64,000 nucleotides of DNA from Methanomassiliicoccales archaeon (lineage in GTDB: Archaea; Thermoplasmatota; Thermoplasmata; Methanomassiliicoccales; UBA472): NCBI GenBank assembly GCA_036504055.1, contig DASXVU010000044.1, forward strand, positions 8,260 to 72,259. The letters run 5' to 3'. This document shows positions 38,981 through 49,020 of the stretch, piece after piece. The stretch's first letter is position 1. Every line of letters begins with the position of its first letter. The notes under the pieces are model-generated. The model was not told the DNA's origin. It did not search any database and saw only the letters and a list, made by a program, of their open reading frames with translations. Both the position numbers and the translations under genes were made by a program.

Positions 38981-39358
38981 ATGGAAGATCCCTATCCTGA
39001 GCCTAAACATGCCGAGTGCCCCATCGAGGCCACCGTTATGATGATCGGGGGAAAGTGGAAGACGGTCATCCTCTGGAAGCTCAGGGACGACAAGCTCCGC
39101 TTCAACCAGCTAATGACGGAGATGCCAGATATTTCGCCGAAGATGCTCACCAAACAGCTCCGCGAGCTGGAACACGACGGACTGGTCACGCGCAAGATGT
39201 ACCCAGAGATCCCGCCCCGGGTGGAGTACAGCCTCACACCGAAGGCGATCAGCCTGGTGCCGATAATGATCGATATGGCCAGATGGGGGGTGGCCAATAT
39301 CGATGGAAGGTCATGGATGGGCTGTCCTTCGAATTGCCGGTGCGCACTGAAGAAGTAG
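38981..39358 (+). CDS. HxlR-family transcriptional regulator
   Basis: CPIEATVMMIGGKWK..ILW.L....RFN.L......ISPKMLT.QLRELE.DGLV.R......PPRVEYSLT is the canonical HxlR pattern. The gene is divergent from the flavoprotein gene. Confidence 0.85.
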   Translation: MEDPYPEPKHAECPIEATVMMIGGKWKTVILWKLRDDKLRFNQLMTEMPDISPKMLTKQLRELEHDGLVTRKMYPEIPPRVEYSLTPKAISLVPIMIDMARWGVANIDGRSWMGCPSNCRCALKK

Positions 39359-39360
39359 GA

Positions 39361-40476
39361 TCAGAGGCTGACCAGCTCATACTTCCGGCTTCCCAAGCCT
39401 ATCTCCTCTCCATAGCTCAGCTGGAGCTCGCCGTTCGTGTTTTGCCTCAGGCCCTTGAACTTGTCCAATCCCGCCTCCAGGTTATCTTTCAGCAGGGAAT
39501 CCGCCAGCCCTATCTGCCTGTTCACCAGGTCATAGCTCGCCTGGTCTATGGCAACCGGGTCGGTGGATGCCACGAAACCGATGTCCGGCACGATGGGGGC
39601 GTCGCTCCACGGGGCACAATCACAATCAGGAGTTATGTTGATCAGGAAATTGATGTAGCCCATCTTCTTCGCATGCGGCTTGACCACACCATAGGCGTAC
39701 TCGGTCATCCTCTCCACCATCCTGGGCACGTCCGCTTCCCAGTTGATGTCGATGGCCTTTTCTGGACAGACGGTGAGGCACTCACCGCAACCTATGCAGT
39801 CCTCGGCAGATATCGTCGCTTTGTTGTCTGGCAGTGTTATCGCCCCTTCTGGACAGACCGAGGCGCAGGCGCCGCAGCCGATGCATACGTCGCGGTTCGA
39901 CTCCATCCGGCAGCTGTGCTGCTCCTTCTTCCCGATGGCCGGAGCTCCGCCCATGGCGATGTTCTTGATCGCACCTCCGAAACCGGTCATCTCGTGGGCC
40001 TTGAAATGGGTCAGCGCGATGATGCCGTCGGCGGAGACAATGTCCCTGGCAAGCTTTACGCTCTGGAAATGCTTCTTACCTATCGGTACATCGACATAGT
40101 TCTCGCCCCGCAATCCATCAGAGATTATCAGGGGCGCCCCGGTGACAGTATAATCGAAACCGTGCTCCAAGGCGGTCACCAGGTGGTCCACCGCGTTGTG
40201 CCTGCTGCCGGAGTACAGAGTGTTGGTGTCCGTGAGGAATGGATTGCCGCCGCATGCCTTGACCCGGTCCACCACCTTTCTCACGAAGACCGGATTGACA
40301 TATGAGTCGTTGCCCCTCTCGCCGAAATGGATTTTGATGGCGGTGAGGTCTCCCGGCTTTACCGTTTCCCCAAGTCCGCCCTCGGTGAACAGGTCTCCTA
40401 CCTTGTTTACCTTGTTCCCTTTCTCCGTCCTCGTCCTCAGGTTGCAGAAATAGACTTTAGCTGACACGAGCCTCAT
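39361..40476 (-). CDS. DUF362 domain protein with 2x[4Fe-4S] ferredoxin insert
   Basis: The DUF362 N-terminus is KPGDLTAIKIHFGE...NPVFVRKVVD. Two CxxCxxCxxxCP motifs are present (CIGCGACASVCP, CIGCGECLTVCP). Confidence 0.8.
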   Translation of the reverse strand: MRLVSAKVYFCNLRTRTEKGNKVNKVGDLFTEGGLGETVKPGDLTAIKIHFGERGNDSYVNPVFVRKVVDRVKACGGNPFLTDTNTLYSGSRHNAVDHLVTALEHGFDYTVTGAPLIISDGLRGENYVDVPIGKKHFQSVKLARDIVSADGIIALTHFKAHEMTGFGGAIKNIAMGGAPAIGKKEQHSCRMESNRDVCIGCGACASVCPEGAITLPDNKATISAEDCIGCGECLTVCPEKAIDINWEADVPRMVERMTEYAYGVVKPHAKKMGYINFLINITPDCDCAPWSDAPIVPDIGFVASTDPVAIDQASYDLVNRQIGLADSLLKDNLEAGLDKFKGLRQNTNGELQLSYGEEIGLGSRKYELVSL

Positions 40477-40550
40477 CCCATTTGGATACGGTAATTCGCG
40501 GAGGTCCTATTATTATCCATCAATACCGCGGGCCGTTCCCATGGATGGCT

Positions 40551-41573
40551 TCAATCGGTCACCATGACATCCATCACCATGTGCGACTTGCACGGGGCAT
40601 AGGCCTTTACCTCTTTCACCTGGAGAACCTCGAACCTCCTAGCACCAGATGCCTTGGCGAATGCCTTCACCATCTTTCCCGGTATCTCATCGACCGAGCA
40701 CACATCGTGATAGTGGATGATCCCGCCCTTCTTGATAAGGTCCATAGCCTTGGGAAGGCTGGCCTCGGTCGAGCCGATGTAACCCATGACGATCCGGTCG
40801 GCGATGTTCTCATAGGGAAGTGAACGGTTATCTCCCAGGTAGGTCTCCACTATGCTTTCGACCCCGTTAAGGACCAGGTTCCTTCTCAGATAGTGGTGGG
40901 CCAAGGGATTGATCTCGCAAGCTATCACTCGCTTTGCATGGGCAAGCTTGGCCAGCGGCAGTGTGAAGTAACCGATGCCGGCGAACATGTCCACGACGGT
41001 CTCCCCGGTACAGTCGAGCTCTCCCATGCGTTTCTTCTCATCGAAGTTGCCGGAGGAGAACATCAGCTTGGCCACGTCCAACTGGTACAGGATCGCGCCC
41101 TCATGATGGACGGTCACCGTTTCCGAGCCGTAGACGACCTCCATCTTCGGGGTGCGGAACTGGCCGTCGATGTATCCTCGCTCGTCCAGGACGGTCTTGG
41201 CGCCCAGTTCCTCAGCGTAGGTCTTGGCAATCCTCTTTAGATAGGGCCGTAGTTCTTGTGGGAACTTGGCGATGAGCACGTCGCCCAACATCTCCCACTT
41301 GTAAGGGAGCAGGTCCCCCAGCTCATCCGGTAAGGCCAGATCCTCCTTGATGATCTCAAAGGGTGCCCGATAGCGCTCCCTTTCCCGGGGGTATCCATCG
41401 ACGATGACCAGGCATTCCTGGTCGATCACCTGCTGATCGACCTTTTCGGTAAGGGGCAGCAGAACGAATTCTCCTTGCTCGATGATCCTGACATCCTTGC
41501 GCACATAGCCTCTGATGTTCAGCCTCTTGCGGACCGTTTCCGCTTCCAGCCGGGCCACCTGTGCGCATCTCAT
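40551..41573 (-). CDS. trm5: tRNA methyltransferase of the Trm5/Taw2 (Met-10+) family
   Basis: VVDMFAGIGYFTLPLA SAM motif, NP motif (EINP), and a length of 340 aa. Trm5b versus Taw2/Taw22 cannot be resolved by eye. Confidence 0.75.
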   Translation of the reverse strand: MRCAQVARLEAETVRKRLNIRGYVRKDVRIIEQGEFVLLPLTEKVDQQVIDQECLVIVDGYPRERERYRAPFEIIKEDLALPDELGDLLPYKWEMLGDVLIAKFPQELRPYLKRIAKTYAEELGAKTVLDERGYIDGQFRTPKMEVVYGSETVTVHHEGAILYQLDVAKLMFSSGNFDEKKRMGELDCTGETVVDMFAGIGYFTLPLAKLAHAKRVIACEINPLAHHYLRRNLVLNGVESIVETYLGDNRSLPYENIADRIVMGYIGSTEASLPKAMDLIKKGGIIHYHDVCSVDEIPGKMVKAFAKASGARRFEVLQVKEVKAYAPCKSHMVMDVMVTD

Positions 41574-41612
41574 GAGCGTTCAAAAAGGAGGCCGTCGATA
41601 CAAACCTTCCGA

Positions 41613-42821
41613 TTACTTGAACAGCAGCGAACCTAGTATCTGCGGTGAGAATCGAAGGAGTGAAGGCACCGAACGTAGGACCGCCGGTGCGAGCTCCGTC
41701 GGTCTATCGATATCTCCCGTTTCCAGTATCTCCTGGACCGCCGGTCGTGACATCAGTTTGCCCACGTCGTCGAGCTTCTTGTCGCTCAGCCTCACGAACA
41801 CCTTTCTGACCCGGTAACCCCGGTCCAGTTCCCTGCCTATCCTTTCCTTCCAGAGGTTCTGATACTGGGAGAGCGACCCTGCACTGAGGTCGTTCTTATC
41901 CAGTGCTGCAAGGGCAGTCTCCGCGGCACATTCCGCCGACAGGATCCCGGTATACAGCCCTCCTCCACTGAGCGGCTTGGCCATGGCGGCCGCGTCTCCG
42001 GTTATGATGACCCTGTCGGCGTATGTCCTCTTCCGAGTGCCTAGGGGGATCACCCCGGAATAGTTGTCCAGTCTCTTCGCGCTCTCCAGCTTCTCGGATT
42101 CGATCAGAGATTTGAGGTAACCGCTCGGCGGGCCGTAACCCTCCGATACGCACAGGCCGATGCGAGTGAAATTCCCGCACGGTATCTTCCAGGCAAAGAA
42201 GCCGGGAGCGACCTTGTTCCCCAGGAAGACATGGACATGGGTCTGTTCATCCATGCGGTGGTCGATATCGCTCTCTATGCCCTTGACCATGTCCCGGGGA
42301 GCGGGAAGGCCGGCCATCTTCGATACTGTAGATTTGTAACCGTCCGCACCCACTAGGAGCCTGCAGTGGATATCCTCGCGGTCTTCGGCCCGGACGATCA
42401 TGCCATTCTCCATGGAGGCGAAGTCCAGGAACTTTGTCCCGGCAACGTAACTGGCCCCGGCGGCCACGGCACGCTCCATGCAGCGCCGGTCGAACCTTAA
42501 CCGATCGACCACCACGGCCTTGGTCTCCTTACCGTCCAGGCGGATGATCTCTCCCCCTGGAAAATGCAGGACCATTCCGTTTATTCGGTTCAGAACGGTA
42601 TCCTGGGCTCCCACCATGTCGATGACCCGGGGCGTCACCAGCCCGGCACATTGGACCGGGACCCCAGCATCCTTGTGCTCCTCCATGATGAGGGTAGAGT
42701 ACCTCTTCGCGGTGATCGCCGCTACGGCGCATCCCACGGGCCCTCCTCCCACGATGACCAGGTCCGACTCCATTACCCCATGCAAATCTCCGCCGATATT
42801 AACCACTTTGGTCGTCGGCAT
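41613..42821 (-). CDS. Geranylgeranyl reductase family flavoprotein
   Basis: DLVIVGGGPVGC FAD motif and GDAA motif (ITGDAAAM). 402 aa. Confidence 0.85.
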   Translation of the reverse strand: MPTTKVVNIGGDLHGVMESDLVIVGGGPVGCAVAAITAKRYSTLIMEEHKDAGVPVQCAGLVTPRVIDMVGAQDTVLNRINGMVLHFPGGEIIRLDGKETKAVVVDRLRFDRRCMERAVAAGASYVAGTKFLDFASMENGMIVRAEDREDIHCRLLVGADGYKSTVSKMAGLPAPRDMVKGIESDIDHRMDEQTHVHVFLGNKVAPGFFAWKIPCGNFTRIGLCVSEGYGPPSGYLKSLIESEKLESAKRLDNYSGVIPLGTRKRTYADRVIITGDAAAMAKPLSGGGLYTGILSAECAAETALAALDKNDLSAGSLSQYQNLWKERIGRELDRGYRVRKVFVRLSDKKLDDVGKLMSRPAVQEILETGDIDRPTELAPAVLRSVPSLLRFSPQILGSLLFK

Positions 42822-43103
42822 CTGTGCCTAGAGACCAGGAGCGTGAACGCCGCTACCAGGGCAGCGGTGGTGACGCCCAATGACCAAGAGGAAGTTCCTC
42901 AGAACGTAAGGAACGATGTTAGCCCGTTCGCGGTCCTGGATGTTGAGAATAAGGACGCTTGTAGCAAAACATGATGATGCCGCTGCAGCAACATCAGTTT
43001 CTGCTCCTTGAACGGAGAGGCCATCCGCCGATTTTTGTACGTTAGTGGATATAAAAATAATGGTACGCCGCCCTGCGGCGGAAAAAAGGCACGGGCGTGC
43101 CGG

Positions 43104-43751
43104 TCACTTCTTGCTTACCTTCTCCCAGTCCTTGAGGAACCTTTCGATCCCAGAGTCGGTGAGGGGGTGCTTGAACATCTTCTTCAGCACGTCGTACGGG
43201 ATGGTGGCCACATGGGCCCCGAGCCTGGCAGCCTCGGTGACATGGATCGGGTCCCGTACCGAGGCCACGATCACCTCGCAGTCGAATTCGTAGTTCTCCA
43301 GGATGTCCATGATCTCGGCGATCAGGTCCATTCCGTTCTGGCCGATGTCATCCAGCCTGCCCACGAAGGGAGAGACATAGCGCGCCCCGGCCTTTGCCGC
43401 CAGCAGCGCCTGGTTGGCCGAGAAGATCAGCGTCATGTTGACCTTTATGCCCTCGGAGGCCAGTATCTTGGTGGCCTTCAGCCCCTCCTCGGTCATTGGG
43501 ATCTTGACCACGATGTTCTTGTTCCCGGCGGCGATCTTCCTCGCCTCTGGGACGATCTCCGCCGCGGTTGTGTTGACCGCCTCGACGCTGATCGGACCGT
43601 TCACGACCGCGCAGATCTCCTTGACCAGGGTGGAAAAGTCCTTATTCTCCTTGGCCACCAGTGACGGGTTCGTGGTCACTCCGTCCAGGATCCCCCAGCT
43701 GTTAACCTCTTTGATCTGTTCGATGTTTGCCGTGTCAATGAAGATCTTCAT
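43104..43751 (-). CDS. tal: Transaldolase / fructose-6-phosphate aldolase (short type)
   Basis: [10 protein letters not shown]...GVTTNPSL...VKIP (Schiff-base Lys). 215 aa. Confidence 0.88.
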   Translation of the reverse strand: MKIFIDTANIEQIKEVNSWGILDGVTTNPSLVAKENKDFSTLVKEICAVVNGPISVEAVNTTAAEIVPEARKIAAGNKNIVVKIPMTEEGLKATKILASEGIKVNMTLIFSANQALLAAKAGARYVSPFVGRLDDIGQNGMDLIAEIMDILENYEFDCEVIVASVRDPIHVTEAARLGAHVATIPYDVLKKMFKHPLTDSGIERFLKDWEKVSKK

Positions 43752-43752
43752 C

Positions 43753-44694
43753 CTAACGCCTCCTGATTACATCCTCTGCGGCTGAAACGACCTTGTCCAT
43801 CGTCAGCCCGTACTTCGTCATTAGCTCTTCGCTCTCACCCGATTCGCCGAACACATCGGCCATGCCGACGCGCCTCATCGGCACCGGGCGGTGCTCCACC
43901 AGATAAGAAGCAACGTATGATCCCAGTCCGGAGATGACATTGTGCTCCTCTGCGGTCACGATCCCTCCGGTCTCGGTCGCCGCCTTGTGCAGCGCTTCCT
44001 CATCGAGCGGTTTGACCGTCGACATGTTGAGCACTCTGGCCGAGATGCCTTTGGTCTTGAGGGCCTCCGCCGCCTCCAGGCAGGCCGAGACCATCTGACC
44101 GGTACCCACCAGCGTTATGTCGGAACCATCGATCGGCATCGTTGCCTTGCCGATCTCGAATGGAGTGCCAGCGTCAGTGAAGTTGGGCACGTCGACGCGC
44201 CCCATACGCAGGTAGCAGGGTCCAGGCCGGGCGGCCACCGCCTTGGTCGCCTTGAACGCCTCTGTGGCATCCCCGGGGACGACGATGGTCATGTTGGGCA
44301 GAGTATGCATCAGGGCGATGTCCTCCATCGTCTGGTGCGATGCACCATCGCCACCAACGCTGATCCCGGCATGGGTGGCAGCGATCTTGACGTTCATTTT
44401 CGGGTAGGCCACCGACTGCCTGATCTGATCGAAGCAGCGGCCGGTCGCGAACACCGCAAAGGTCGAGGCGAACACTGTCTTTCCCGAGGCCGCCAGACCG
44501 GCTGCGGTACCGATCATGTTCTGTTCGGCTATGCCGACGTTGAAGAACCGTTCCGGGAACTCCTTGCCGAAATCGGCCGTCCTGGTCGAACCGGACAGGT
44601 CGGCGTCAAGCACCACGATGTCGTTCCGGGAGCGTCCCAACTCGACCAATGCCTTGCCGTACTCCTTCCTTTGGCTGCTATAGGTCCACTTCAT
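43753..44694 (-). CDS. Transketolase, C-terminal (pyrimidine-binding) subunit
   Basis: [10 protein letters not shown] and GASHQ..EDIA motifs. The start overlaps the upstream subunit's stop by 4 nt. Confidence 0.92.
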   Translation of the reverse strand: MKWTYSSQRKEYGKALVELGRSRNDIVVLDADLSGSTRTADFGKEFPERFFNVGIAEQNMIGTAAGLAASGKTVFASTFAVFATGRCFDQIRQSVAYPKMNVKIAATHAGISVGGDGASHQTMEDIALMHTLPNMTIVVPGDATEAFKATKAVAARPGPCYLRMGRVDVPNFTDAGTPFEIGKATMPIDGSDITLVGTGQMVSACLEAAEALKTKGISARVLNMSTVKPLDEEALHKAATETGGIVTAEEHNVISGLGSYVASYLVEHRPVPMRRVGMADVFGESGESEELMTKYGLTMDKVVSAAEDVIRRR

Positions 44695-45536
44695 TGGTCT
44701 TCCCCCAGTTCTCTCAGGGCGCGCCGGGTCTCATCCGCCGTGGGCGATTTCCCGTGGAATGCCAGGTTGTTCTCCATGAAGGAGACACCTTTGCCCTTGA
44801 TGGTGTGGGCGATCACGACGGTAGGCTTACCCTTGGTCTCCTTGGCCCGGTTCGCCGCATCGAGGATCTGCCTCATGTTGTGTCCGTCGATCTCCAGGAC
44901 GTTCCACCCGAAGGCCTTCCACTTGTCGGCCAGCGGCTCCAGGGACATTATGCTCTCGGTGGTTCCATCGATCTGAAGTTTGTTCCGGTCTACGAAGGTG
45001 AGCACATTGTCCAGCTTGTAGTGGGAGGCCAACATGGCCGCCTCCCATATCTGCCCTTCCGCCATCTCACCATCACCGCATATGCAATAAACACGATAGG
45101 ACTTCTTGTCCAATTTTGCCGCCAACGCCATCCCGTTGGCCGCGCTCAGGCCTTGCCCGAGGGAGCCAGTGGACATCTCTACTCCAGGGGTCTTGGTGCG
45201 GCATGGATGTCCCTGCAAACGACATCCTATCTTTCTTAGCGTTGCCAGCTCCTCTATCGGGAAGTATCCGCTCTCTGCCAGCGCGGCATAGTAGATCGGC
45301 GCCGCATGTCCCTTGGAGAGTACGAAACGGTCCCGGTCGGGCCAATCCAGCTCCTTTGACCGGTGATTCATGATGTCGAAGAATAGGGCGGTCACAATGT
45401 CCGCGGAGGAAAGTGATCCGCCGGGATGTCCAGACCCTGCGGCAAACGTCATCCTAATGACGTGGCGGCGGAGTATATTGGCTTTTTTCTCAAGATTAAG
45501 GATAGTATCGTCGTTATACGAGGACACGAAGAGCAC
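44691..45536 (-). CDS. Transketolase, N-terminal (TPP-binding) subunit
   Basis: GHPGGSLS, SKGH and GDGE..EG motifs. 281 aa. Confidence 0.92.
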   Translation of the reverse strand: MLFVSSYNDDTILNLEKKANILRRHVIRMTFAAGSGHPGGSLSSADIVTALFFDIMNHRSKELDWPDRDRFVLSKGHAAPIYYAALAESGYFPIEELATLRKIGCRLQGHPCRTKTPGVEMSTGSLGQGLSAANGMALAAKLDKKSYRVYCICGDGEMAEGQIWEAAMLASHYKLDNVLTFVDRNKLQIDGTTESIMSLEPLADKWKAFGWNVLEIDGHNMRQILDAANRAKETKGKPTVVIAHTIKGKGVSFMENNLAFHGKSPTADETRRALRELGEDQ

Positions 45537-45700
45537 CTCTAAGGATGGGATGGGGGTTGGTCAATGGCCCGGTTCTATTTAATAACTTTTTGTGCCTTCT
45601 GACGGCAATCGGGAGGAAATAGAGGCGTTGCTCATCCGGCAAGAATCTCCCAAGAAGGGGTGAAAAACCGCCTTGTCGATGGCCCGTACCTTCCATTCCA

Positions 45701-45708
45701 TTTAATAT
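45701..45708 (+). promoter_or_regulatory. Candidate TATA box for the HD-domain gene (near-leaderless transcript)
   Basis: TTTAATAT is centred ~27 nt upstream of the ATG at 45732. Confidence 0.3.
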
Positions 45709-45731
45709 GGTGACATTCAGATACTGACACG

Positions 45732-46508
45732 ATGGCGTACTGTTATGATATTCCGTGCGGGGGCAATGCCGTCCTCGAGCAGGTGGTAGAAAGGCTCAAC
45801 AACGATGTGGAGGTACGAACCCTATGGAAGGCATCCAATATCACCGCCATTGACCGGATGGGTTATTCCGATCATGGCCCGACGCACATCAAGATCGTCT
45901 CAAAGCTGGCGCTCAAAATGCTCCAGATGCTCGTGGACAAGGGCATGAAGCCCGGCATCGTGAAGAACTACGGGCTGGGAATCTCCGACGCCGAGGTGGT
46001 CGTGGTCCTGGCCGCCTCGTTGCACGACATCGGGCATTCGATCCACCGGACCAATCATGAGGAGATGTCGCTCATTCTCGCCCCGCCGATCATAAAACGT
46101 ATTCTGGAGGGTTTGTACGATGAGGCTGAAAGGACCATCATGATGGTGGAGACCATGCATGCCATGATTTCGCACCATGAGGATATCTTCCCATTGACCC
46201 TCGAGGCAGGGGTGGTGCGGGTGGCAGATGCGCTGGACATGGAGAAGGGGCGGGCCAGGGTACCGTTCCGCGCCGGGAGCATCAATATCCACTCGGTTTC
46301 TGCCTTGGCTATAGAAAAGGTCCGCGTTGTCGAAGGAAAGGACATACCGATACATGTGGACATCACCATGAACAACTCTGCCGGGATATTCCAGATAGAC
46401 GAGCTATTGCGGGACAAGATAGAAAAATCAGGGATCAGGGACAAGATCGAGATATCGGTTCATGTCCCGAAGGAAGAGACCAGGATAGTGGAGAGCCTGA
46501 AGCTCTGA
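45732..46508 (+). CDS. HD-domain metal-dependent phosphohydrolase
   Basis: H...HD pattern (GPTH...LHDIGH). Confidence 0.75.
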   Translation: MAYCYDIPCGGNAVLEQVVERLNNDVEVRTLWKASNITAIDRMGYSDHGPTHIKIVSKLALKMLQMLVDKGMKPGIVKNYGLGISDAEVVVVLAASLHDIGHSIHRTNHEEMSLILAPPIIKRILEGLYDEAERTIMMVETMHAMISHHEDIFPLTLEAGVVRVADALDMEKGRARVPFRAGSINIHSVSALAIEKVRVVEGKDIPIHVDITMNNSAGIFQIDELLRDKIEKSGIRDKIEISVHVPKEETRIVESLKL

Positions 46509-46513
46509 CCACC

Positions 46514-47251
46514 TTAGTCGTTCTCGATACGCGGGGCGAGCAGATACTTTACCTTGCCCTTTCCACCGGCGAAGTCGAACTCTATCTTGACCGGCAGGTC
46601 GTTACCCAGGTTGATCACGACAACGGTTCCGGCGGGGATCGCCCGGATCATGTTGGCGAAGTAATCCATCGGGAACAGGGACTTGATGCTCTCTTTGCAG
46701 TCCAGGGATACCAGCAGGTCCTTCGGCAGCTTGAGGGTCACCGAGTCGGTGTCTCCCTCGGACAGGAGCTCGAACTGCTCCGGTGTTGCCGTCAGGGCGA
46801 TGTGGTCCGATATGCTCTCTGAGGCTTTGATGCCCCTCTGGAGCTCCTCGACGTTCACGGCGACCTTGGCCGGAAGGATCAGGTTGGGGACCTTGGTGTC
46901 CGCCATGCCTTCGGTGGAGACCAAGCTCATGCGCCTGGTGACGTTCCCGACGGATATGATCAGCCGTCCGCGCTCTTCGTCATGCTTCATCTCGATGATG
47001 TCCCCCGCCTTAGACAGGCGGATGACCTCCCTGAGCTTGTCAAGGTCAAGTCCGATCTCCGTCTCGTTGGCTGAGAACTGTTCAAATGCGCCCTTGTCGA
47101 TCGCCATGTCGATCATGGCCACGTGGGCTGGGTCGACCGCCTTCAAAGTGATCCCGTTGGCATCGATCTTGAACTTAGCCTCATCGATGAGCGTTGAAAC
47201 AACGTCCACGACGCCCTTGAGCGTCTCGGACTTTAGCTTGGCTTGGAACAT
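46514..47251 (-). CDS. pcn: DNA polymerase sliding clamp PCNA
   Basis: MFQAKL... N-terminus after the ATG at 47251, two-domain PCNA pattern, and C-terminal LAPRIE. Confidence 0.9.
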   Translation of the reverse strand: MFQAKLKSETLKGVVDVVSTLIDEAKFKIDANGITLKAVDPAHVAMIDMAIDKGAFEQFSANETEIGLDLDKLREVIRLSKAGDIIEMKHDEERGRLIISVGNVTRRMSLVSTEGMADTKVPNLILPAKVAVNVEELQRGIKASESISDHIALTATPEQFELLSEGDTDSVTLKLPKDLLVSLDCKESIKSLFPMDYFANMIRAIPAGTVVVINLGNDLPVKIEFDFAGGKGKVKYLLAPRIEND

Positions 47252-47561
47252 CAGACTCCCTTCCATGCAGTAAACAGATGCTGTTTAATAATCTTTTGCA
47301 GAGTATAGCCAGCATGTAGTCTGATTTTAATCCTGAACCGAATATCGGAATGCATTGGAAGGGGGAAATTTTACCAACAGGTGCCTGTGAGGCTCGTCCT
47401 CCCTTGCTCTTGTAGGGATCGGTACGGTTGTCCGAGGCCCTTTCAGAATGGGTTCTTGGAAGTCTGGCAATAAAAAATGGTTCCACGGGTGAAATCTACA
47501 ATCCCTTGACCGATGCCGACGGTTTTTATCCCGACGCCTTTGTGAGGCGGTTTGTGTTTGT

Positions 47562-47867
47562 CTAACCGTACTCGCGCCAGGAGGCACCGCATTCACAGCA
47601 ACGGTAGATCTTGGTCTCCGGTTCATCCGCGGCCCTGGTCTGTCTAAGCACCCAGAACGCCTCGTTGTGCTTGCACTTGGGGCATTCGACCTTGGCCTTG
47701 GGCAACGTCGGTGCCGAGTTCTCGATTACCGCCTGCTCCTTATCCTTGCCCCTGATGACGCATGTGTCTGCCTTGTTTGCGGTCACGTCATACTCTTTCT
47801 GGCATCGGTTGCACCAGATCTTGCCGTTCTTCGGCAATGCAAGGGCTTTACATGTGGGACAGAACAT
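47562..47867 (-). CDS. tfs: Transcription factor S (TFS / RpoM-like)
   Basis: MFCPTC...CNRC N-terminal zinc ribbon. The C-terminal ribbon CPKC...RTRAADEP...CCEC carries the acidic DE loop. The upstream residues in the ORF track are unlikely to be coding. Confidence 0.85.
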   Translation of the reverse strand: MFCPTCKALALPKNGKIWCNRCQKEYDVTANKADTCVIRGKDKEQAVIENSAPTLPKAKVECPKCKHNEAFWVLRQTRAADEPETKIYRCCECGASWREYG

Positions 47868-47949
47868 TTGGATTTCGCCAACTCGCAGGAAAATTACCAC
47901 CATATTTATATTCTTCTTCTCCACCGCCTTTCAGCGGCGATAGAAGGGA

Positions 47950-48939
47950 TCAGACGAACCGGAAGTCGTCGGATTCAGATTTCTTGCTGGTTTCCAGCTT
48001 CTTGTGCGTGCTGTGTGAAGCCTTTACCGGTATCTCGTGCCTCGCCCGGTCAAGGTTGCGTTCGAACTCCTTTTGGCGGCGTTTCCTGATCGGCTCGTCA
48101 TCATCCTCTTCCTCCATCGCCTTGTCCAAGGTCCTGGAATGAGCGACTGGAGCATGGGAGCGGCTTCGGCCGGCCCCCGAGGTCTCCTTCAGCTCATTGA
48201 AGTGGACCGACGGAGCCCTGCGTGGCTCCTCCTCGTCATCTTCCTCTTCGATCTTTCTGCTCTTCCCCTTGCTCTCATGCCTGCCGAATATCCACAGTCC
48301 CTTCTTCCCTTTGGAGTTGGGGTCTCCTGCGTGGGGATGAGCGGCACGGTTCCCTCCATGCTTGACCACGTACTCCATCTCCCTAAGCGACTGAAGAGCC
48401 ATAGCCCCTCCGATGTAGGCGAAGGCGATTGCGAGGATGAAGAAGTCCAGGCGTACTCCCGAGGTGCCCTGGATGGTCCCGATGAAGGATTGAAGATAAC
48501 CGGTCGTGAAGTTGGCGAAGGGTCCGAAGATCGGCATCGCCTTGGCCAATTCACCGAATATCGCCTCCGGTGCCAGGTCGACGCCGAACCAGACGGAGGG
48601 TATGATCTTTATCGTCACCATCGTGGCGACGAGGAACACTATTGACAGGGGTATGCTGACTGCGAAGACACCTTTGATCGGACTGCCGGCCCTTCTGCCC
48701 GCAACGTATCCGGCAATCATCGGTCCGAAGATAGGGATCCACCAGAGCAAGAACATAAGGATGCTGCCATACTTCACGGCTGACCAGTAGTTGAAAGGAT
48801 CATCCCATGATGACGAAAGCAACCATGACCGCTTCGGCTTTTCCTCGCTCTCGTTGGAAAGCCGGTATACTCCGCTCTTCATGAGCTTCTTGGTGGCCTG
48901 GTCCTTCGTATGGGCCTTTCGCCTGAAATTCAATCCCAT
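47950..48939 (-). CDS. Membrane protein with long highly charged C-terminal tail
   Basis: Four to five hydrophobic helices in residues ~55-200, then a Lys/Glu/Asp/Arg-rich ~130-aa tail (EEEDDEEE, EEEDDDE). I recognise no family. Confidence 0.55.
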   Translation of the reverse strand: MGLNFRRKAHTKDQATKKLMKSGVYRLSNESEEKPKRSWLLSSSWDDPFNYWSAVKYGSILMFLLWWIPIFGPMIAGYVAGRRAGSPIKGVFAVSIPLSIVFLVATMVTIKIIPSVWFGVDLAPEAIFGELAKAMPIFGPFANFTTGYLQSFIGTIQGTSGVRLDFFILAIAFAYIGGAMALQSLREMEYVVKHGGNRAAHPHAGDPNSKGKKGLWIFGRHESKGKSRKIEEEDDEEEPRRAPSVHFNELKETSGAGRSRSHAPVAHSRTLDKAMEEEDDDEPIRKRRQKEFERNLDRARHEIPVKASHSTHKKLETSKKSESDDFRFV

Positions 48940-49020
48940 CCCCTCGGTCTGACAGTATGTCAGACAGATGAAAATCAGTGGGTGAATATAAAGAACTTGG
49001 GGTTCTATGCCGAACGGTCG

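Noticed and set aside
39016-40305. 429-aa ORF on the plus strand
   Set aside because: It overlaps the hxlR gene in another frame and is antisense to the DUF362-ferredoxin gene. It has no motifs and a skewed Arg/Gly/Pro/His composition.
43942-44976. 344-aa ORF on the plus strand
   Set aside because: It is antisense to both transketolase subunits, which are clearly real. Its composition is Arg/Gly/His-rich.
47267-47561. Possible ncRNA in the 295-nt spacer between tfs and pcn
   Set aside because: There are only weak local hairpins, such as CGCC-tttgtga-GGCG. I saw no box C/D, no H/ACA-like motifs and no recognisable conserved RNA. It is more likely the pcn promoter plus the tfs 3' region.
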